Assembly: GCA_032718475.1 (NCBI GenBank)
Contig: JAUCBJ010008877.1
Coordinates: 1 to 64,000, forward strand
Direction of reading: 5' to 3'
Origin: Nemertoderma westbladi
Taxonomy: Eukaryota; Animalia; Xenacoelomorpha
Length of the DNA stretch: 64,000 nt
Shown here piece after piece: positions 59,132 through 64,000 of this stretch. The translations under genes and the position numbers were made by a program. Within the stretch, counting starts at the first letter, position 1; the number at the start of each line of letters is the position of its first letter. The notes beneath the pieces are model-generated. The model saw only the letters and a list, made by a program, of their open reading frames with translations, did no database searches and was not told where the DNA came from.

Positions 59132-60907
59132 ATGGAGAACATTCCATACCCTTTCGTTGATACTCAGCTGATTGCTCCTTGGGCCGAAGGCCGAGGTTTC
59201 TTTCGCACTATGTATGCCAATACACCCAGCGGTATTACTAAAGTACAACGGACATCCATCGGACATCTTGCTTTTCAAGAATATGGTTGTAATTTCAAAG
59301 TTGGAAATCCTATAAATTACCAGCAAGTATATGGAGATCATTACTCTCGTTTATATTTTGATGGACCATTAACTGCGCCTGGTGCCGTATATAGCTTTAT
59401 GAGTGTTCCCCTTCGCCCTTCCTTAGCTATATACACGATCTTTGAAAACGCAGCACTTGCCGGTTGGCTAGCCGATGTGTGCAGTCGTACCATACGCGCT
59501 CACCCGTTAATACTTGGAACTAAACTCGCCAAGTTAGACGAACACAATAAGTTCATACGTTTCGAATGTTTCCGGCGCTTTCTGACTCCGTTCCGTAACG
59601 TCGATAGTCAGTTCAAAGATCGCGCGCTGACCAAGCTCAGTCTTAGAGACTCAGCTGCGGAGAAACTGAGTAGCGCTGGATTTGCCGTGTTTCAAGACGT
59701 TTGTATACAGAACTCACATTCATCTGTTATACAAAGACCCCGAATACCTACAGGTTATTCTGTCGTGGAAATACAGACAGTGGGTCCACTTACGGAAACC
59801 GACGCACCCACTTCGTCTATGCAGCTGGAGGATGAACCAGTATGCTTGGAATCTGAAGCGATTCAACCTACGGCTTCTCGGAGCAGTGACAATGATTATG
59901 TCATAGAGTGGTATCAAGGTCCACAGCGTCTCACAGCGTACGATTATCGACACGCCAACTACGTTTCCCGAAAACGTTGTCGATTATGCGCATCGAGAGA
60001 CCACTTCACTCCTCTCGACTCGAGCGTACCTTGTTCCTATTTCCTCGAACAACCGATGATGGAAATATATTGTGCTTATTGCCGGCTTAATAACTCTCAT
60101 ATATTTGCCGTCTGCCCACAATTTATGACTCAATGTCACTACTGCCAACTTAAAGGACACGAAAGTTACAACTGTCCCTTTAATCGCGATTTAGAGAGCG
60201 TAGACGAGATGATCACCCTGCGATACATCCGAGCTTGGGAAGCGAACGCCGATTTACATTGCGAATCCCGACATCGCTATTACCCTGGACGAGCTTACGA
60301 GGGAGTTTACGCGTTCCATCCTTATCTATTCGCGTCGATTGAACAGAAAACACGCGTACCAAGTTATGAGTTAATGAAGCGTGTTGGTGAGTGTATTTCC
60401 ACCAAGTTTGTCAGGAAATACATGAGAAACGTTAATCCTAATGATATCACCACATATCATCTGATCAATTATATCCGTCAGGACCCTGAGTATGGCGACA
60501 TTTTCGTGAACTCGCATCCTGAACTCCAGGAAGTATCTCGACGCCCATATGAATATCGAACCAGAGAACGCGAGCTGGAGAGAACCATTAAACCGAGAAA
60601 GTTCCTCACCACTCACGGCCCACCCACCGCTAGTGTCCAGACGACCCGTCAAGGACCCGTAGGAGCTGCTGTCCTGAGACGCGCTCTAAAGGCCGTTAGA
60701 CCTCACTCCACTGAGGTTGATATTAATCAACCAGGTACCTCGACCGGCGGGTATACCGATCGTAACCCTGCACCTTCTGATGCAATTATATTGCACCCTT
60801 CGCCTAGGAGCTACAGCCCACCTCGTAAAGTGGCTCGCCCCAAAGAGAAAAGGACTCTTGCTAGCCTCAAGAAACTGCGTAAACGCCGTCCGCGCAAGAA
60901 AGACTAA
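59132..60907 (+). CDS. 591-aa accessory protein with three CCHC zinc motifs and a C-terminal NLS-like tail (env position, not Env)
   Basis: CX2CX4HX9C, CX2CX5HX4C, CX2CX4HX4C at aa 283-348; ends KKLRKRRPRKKD; no signal peptide or TM segment visible; stops 70 bp before the PPT. Confidence 0.85.
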   Translation: MENIPYPFVDTQLIAPWAEGRGFFRTMYANTPSGITKVQRTSIGHLAFQEYGCNFKVGNPINYQQVYGDHYSRLYFDGPLTAPGAVYSFMSVPLRPSLAIYTIFENAALAGWLADVCSRTIRAHPLILGTKLAKLDEHNKFIRFECFRRFLTPFRNVDSQFKDRALTKLSLRDSAAEKLSSAGFAVFQDVCIQNSHSSVIQRPRIPTGYSVVEIQTVGPLTETDAPTSSMQLEDEPVCLESEAIQPTASRSSDNDYVIEWYQGPQRLTAYDYRHANYVSRKRCRLCASRDHFTPLDSSVPCSYFLEQPMMEIYCAYCRLNNSHIFAVCPQFMTQCHYCQLKGHESYNCPFNRDLESVDEMITLRYIRAWEANADLHCESRHRYYPGRAYEGVYAFHPYLFASIEQKTRVPSYELMKRVGECISTKFVRKYMRNVNPNDITTYHLINYIRQDPEYGDIFVNSHPELQEVSRRPYEYRTRERELERTIKPRKFLTTHGPPTASVQTTRQGPVGAAVLRRALKAVRPHSTEVDINQPGTSTGGYTDRNPAPSDAIILHPSPRSYSPPRKVARPKEKRTLASLKKLRKRRPRKKD

Positions 60908-60985
60908 CTGTTTAGAGTATCTTTATGTTTTAGAAACTGTGATTTTTATATTTTATAGACTGAAAATCCCATTTTCTGGGAGCGG

Positions 60986-62187
60986 TGTAAAAGCTTTTAC
61001 TGAATTGTCCGGTTATTTTTCCGTATTTTTCCCGTAAAGTACTCTGTAGTTGATTTACCAGGCATAAAAAGGCCGTGTCCTTGCTGTACTGGTGTTTTAG
61101 CGGACATAAGAGCTATTTCTTCTGTATTTGTACTTTAGAGGACATAATCCGTAATTCCGTGACGTAAAAGCTCTATACTCTTGAAAACAGTGTCGCTACC
61201 ATGACGACAGCTAGCAGCTGATATTGCCACGTCGACGTTTCTTTGTTTCTCTGTTCTCTCGTTGTTCAGGTTGACCAATCAGAGCGTTTGTTGTCTTTGT
61301 GTTGGAGGTATATACAGAAACTCAGTAGTTCAGTGTTATGTTTTTGCCCAGAGCCTAAGAACCGGCTTTGCACCTCCGTTTTTCAGTTTTTAGTCTTACA
61401 CTAGTAGGTTTAATTATAAAGGGCATATATCCTTTAACTCATGGAATCACTGCTAACTGATCATACATACTGACTGCTGAAACATTGCAAACTCATAACA
61501 ATCAGTGTTCAGTTGTTGTTTTATACTGCTATTTACTGTCAGTTCTTCATAATATGGTTGATGAATTATTATATTTGGAATAACGATAAATAACCCCGAA
61601 ACCCAATATTCTTGATATACTGAAGGTAAGAGAGAAAGGTTACCAGTAACGATTGTGACTTATGTTAAAGTGGTTTGAATTGAATCTAATGTTATTTGAT
61701 AGACCCTACATGAGTCAGTCTGTGTTCCTTTTATATGTGACTAAAATCAGTGAAGATCGGCAGATTAGTGTGCAGTATTGTGCAGCATTGTGTATGAGTG
61801 AGTCTGTTAAAGAAGCATTCCTAAAGAATGCGCCATATATGTGAATTATAATTAAGCCATATCGTTGTGAGTAGTTTAAGCCATAACTCTGTTTATATAG
61901 ATAAAGCGCCACGTCCTAAAGGAACTGTTAATATTCCCGAAGATAAATAATATTGTCAGAGATTATATAATACTGTCAGTCGAATAATACATTAGGCTTA
62001 CATAGCAACAAAATTAAACCGTCGAACCCAATCTCCCGGGAATATCCAGCGGGTGAATGGTCGCGCACGGATTGGTTTCGACTAGTGTAGTGAATCAAAT
62101 ACTTGTCATAGGCTAAAAAGCGATTTAATATTTAGAAGACATCTTAATTTGGCGGGTTAAACTGCCAAAGGTCTAAAAGCGCGAACA
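60986..62187 (+). repeat. 3' LTR (1202 bp)
   Basis: Near-identical to 44812-46016; followed by TSD GGCAT. Confidence 0.97.
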
Positions 62188-62265
62188 GGCATACCGCGGT
62201 AAAACGAACTTAGATCCTGCAAGGCCTGACTTTGATGAACTTAGATCTTTCCGAACTTAGGTCCT

Positions 62266-64000
62266 ATGTATGCGAACGTAGATCCTATCTGGGTGAACTT
62301 AGATCCTACCTAGGTGAACTTAGATCCCACCTAGGTGAACTTAGATCCTAACTAGATGAACTTAGATCCCAGTTTATGCTATTAAAAGCTTTTGGTAATC
62401 ATCAAGCTAATCGCGAAGCGAAATTAGATCCCACGTTAAAGCAAAGCGAACTTAGTTAGATCTTAGGTGAACTTAGATCCCAATTTATACAAATAGAGAA
62501 GAAGCGAACTTAGATCCCATGTGTACTGTACGCTTAAAGTACAGTAGTTGCGTTCCCGACTGACTCACCAACCAACTACAATTTGCCAATTTAAAGCTAA
62601 ATTCGTTGCAATGTATTATTGTGGCTAAGTTCGCTTCCCTTGAAGCGCGTGATAATATTTACAGTAAGGTCTGCGGCTAGCCTATGGGAATGACATTTCA
62701 CTTCTAAGCTGATTTGTTAACTAGTCTGGGACTTCAAGTAGCACGTGAACAACTATGCTGACTGGTTAACTGGTCTAGGTCTTCAAGCAGCACGTGAACA
62801 AATAAACTGGCTGGTTACCTAGTCTGGGACTTCGAGCAGCAGGTGAACAACTAAACCAGCACTTTAACTAGTCTGGGGCTTCGAGCAGCACGTGAACAAC
62901 TAAACTGACTGGTTAACTAGTCTGGGACTTCCAGTAGCACGTGAACAACTAAGCTGACTGGTTAACAAGTCTGGGACTTCGAGCAGCACTTGAACAACTA
63001 AGCTGACTGGTTAACAAGTCTGGGACTTCGAGAAAAATTGCAAATTGAGGAGGGGGGCGATGTACCAGACTAGTTAACCAGACATGTACACTAGTTAACC
63101 AGTCAGCTTAGTTGTTCACGTGCTACTCGAAGTCCCAGACTAGTTGACCACTCAGCTTAGTTGTTCACGTGCTGTTCGAATTCCCAGACTTGTTAACCAG
63201 TCAGCTTAATTGTTCACGTGCTACTCGAAGTCCCAGACTAGTTGACCACTCCGCTTAGTTTTTTACGTGCCGCTCGAAGCCCCAGACTAGTTAACCTTCT
63301 ATCTCCCAGTGTTCCCAATTGGGAGCATTTTTATAAATTCAAGTGGAGGAAATTTAATATAGGCTTATATTACTTTTTTTAATGTTAATATGTTTAGGAA
63401 AAGTGGAATATTGTTTTTTATTTTCAACTTGAAGTGTTTTCAAACTTCAAGTTGGTCTTTTGGCAGGTCAATTTTGCCATTCTCATTTTTTTCGATTTTT
63501 GGGACATGCAAACAATAGTGGTCAAAAACGTTACAAATTTGATATTCCAAACCAGTGGCGACATTAAAATTAGACTTTTAAATAATACAGTCCCAATCCC
63601 AATAAGCATTAACTTGGTCATTTTGGCGGCCAAAATGACCGAAATGGCCAAATATAAATTGCGGCATTCATGAAAGGAACTTCTGAGGCAAGTTGGCTTG
63701 TCAATCACAGCCAGTGAATAGAGGCTGAGTGTAAGTAAAGCCCAGTATGTTGGCAGATAGAAAAAGGCTTCACCGGACATTCCCTCTCCAACCCCCCACC
63801 CGGACAGTTCCGTTCCGTTCGAGTAGGACACGTTTATTTTTCATCTTGTAAGGTAAACGGACCGCTTGTATCCAGACAAGTTTTACAGTATCCAATATCC
63901 CTTTATATTTTGCATCCCGATTTTACATTTTGTATCCAATTTTTATTTATGAATTTCATCAATTCAATTACACTGTATTGTTCGTTAATCTTTAAACAAT
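62266..64000 (+). repeat. Copy B of the repeat at 1925-3590
   Basis: Same GAACTTAGATCC array, 49-bp foldback arrays and flank; has a ~140-bp extra segment at ~63827-63966, after which similarity resumes to the window end. Confidence 0.9.

Larger units (their letters stand above)
44812..62187 (+). mobile_element. Giant (17,376 bp) young BEL/Pao LTR retrotransposon with accessory ORFs
   Basis: Two TG...CA LTRs; 5-bp TSD GGCAT (44807-44811, 62188-62192); gag-PR-RT-RH-IN order with Pao-type motifs; PPT GGGAGCGG at 60978-60985. Confidence 0.97.

Noticed and set aside
59132-60907. env gene
   Set aside because: No signal peptide, transmembrane anchor or fusion-protein pattern; it has zinc knuckles and a basic tail instead.

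Overview
Transposon-dense, AT-rich eukaryotic DNA, most likely from an invertebrate animal. Almost all coding capacity is retroelement-derived: three BEL/Pao LTR retrotransposons (two decayed, one very young), one full-length and one fragmentary Ty3/Gypsy element, and two RTE-like LINEs. Several non-autonomous DNA transposons are nested among them (Mutator-like, Tc1/mariner-like, Helentron-like). The only host-type gene is an intronless 10-finger C2H2 zinc-finger gene (41092-42348, minus strand) with a finger-shuffled partial duplicate beside it. The highlight is a 17.4-kb BEL/Pao element (44812-62187; 1.2-kb near-identical LTRs; GGCAT target duplication) organised like a complex retrovirus. 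It has no tRNA primer-binding site, but the 12 nt abutting the 5' LTR are exactly complementary to a 12-mer inside the LTR (possible self-priming). It also has a duplicated structured leader, a very long Gag N-terminal extension, a cluster of consensus splice donors in gag, and two extra ORFs after pol. One of these is a 591-aa non-Env protein with three CCHC zinc motifs and a basic NLS-like tail. All calls are by eye from motifs and repeats; no database searches were run.
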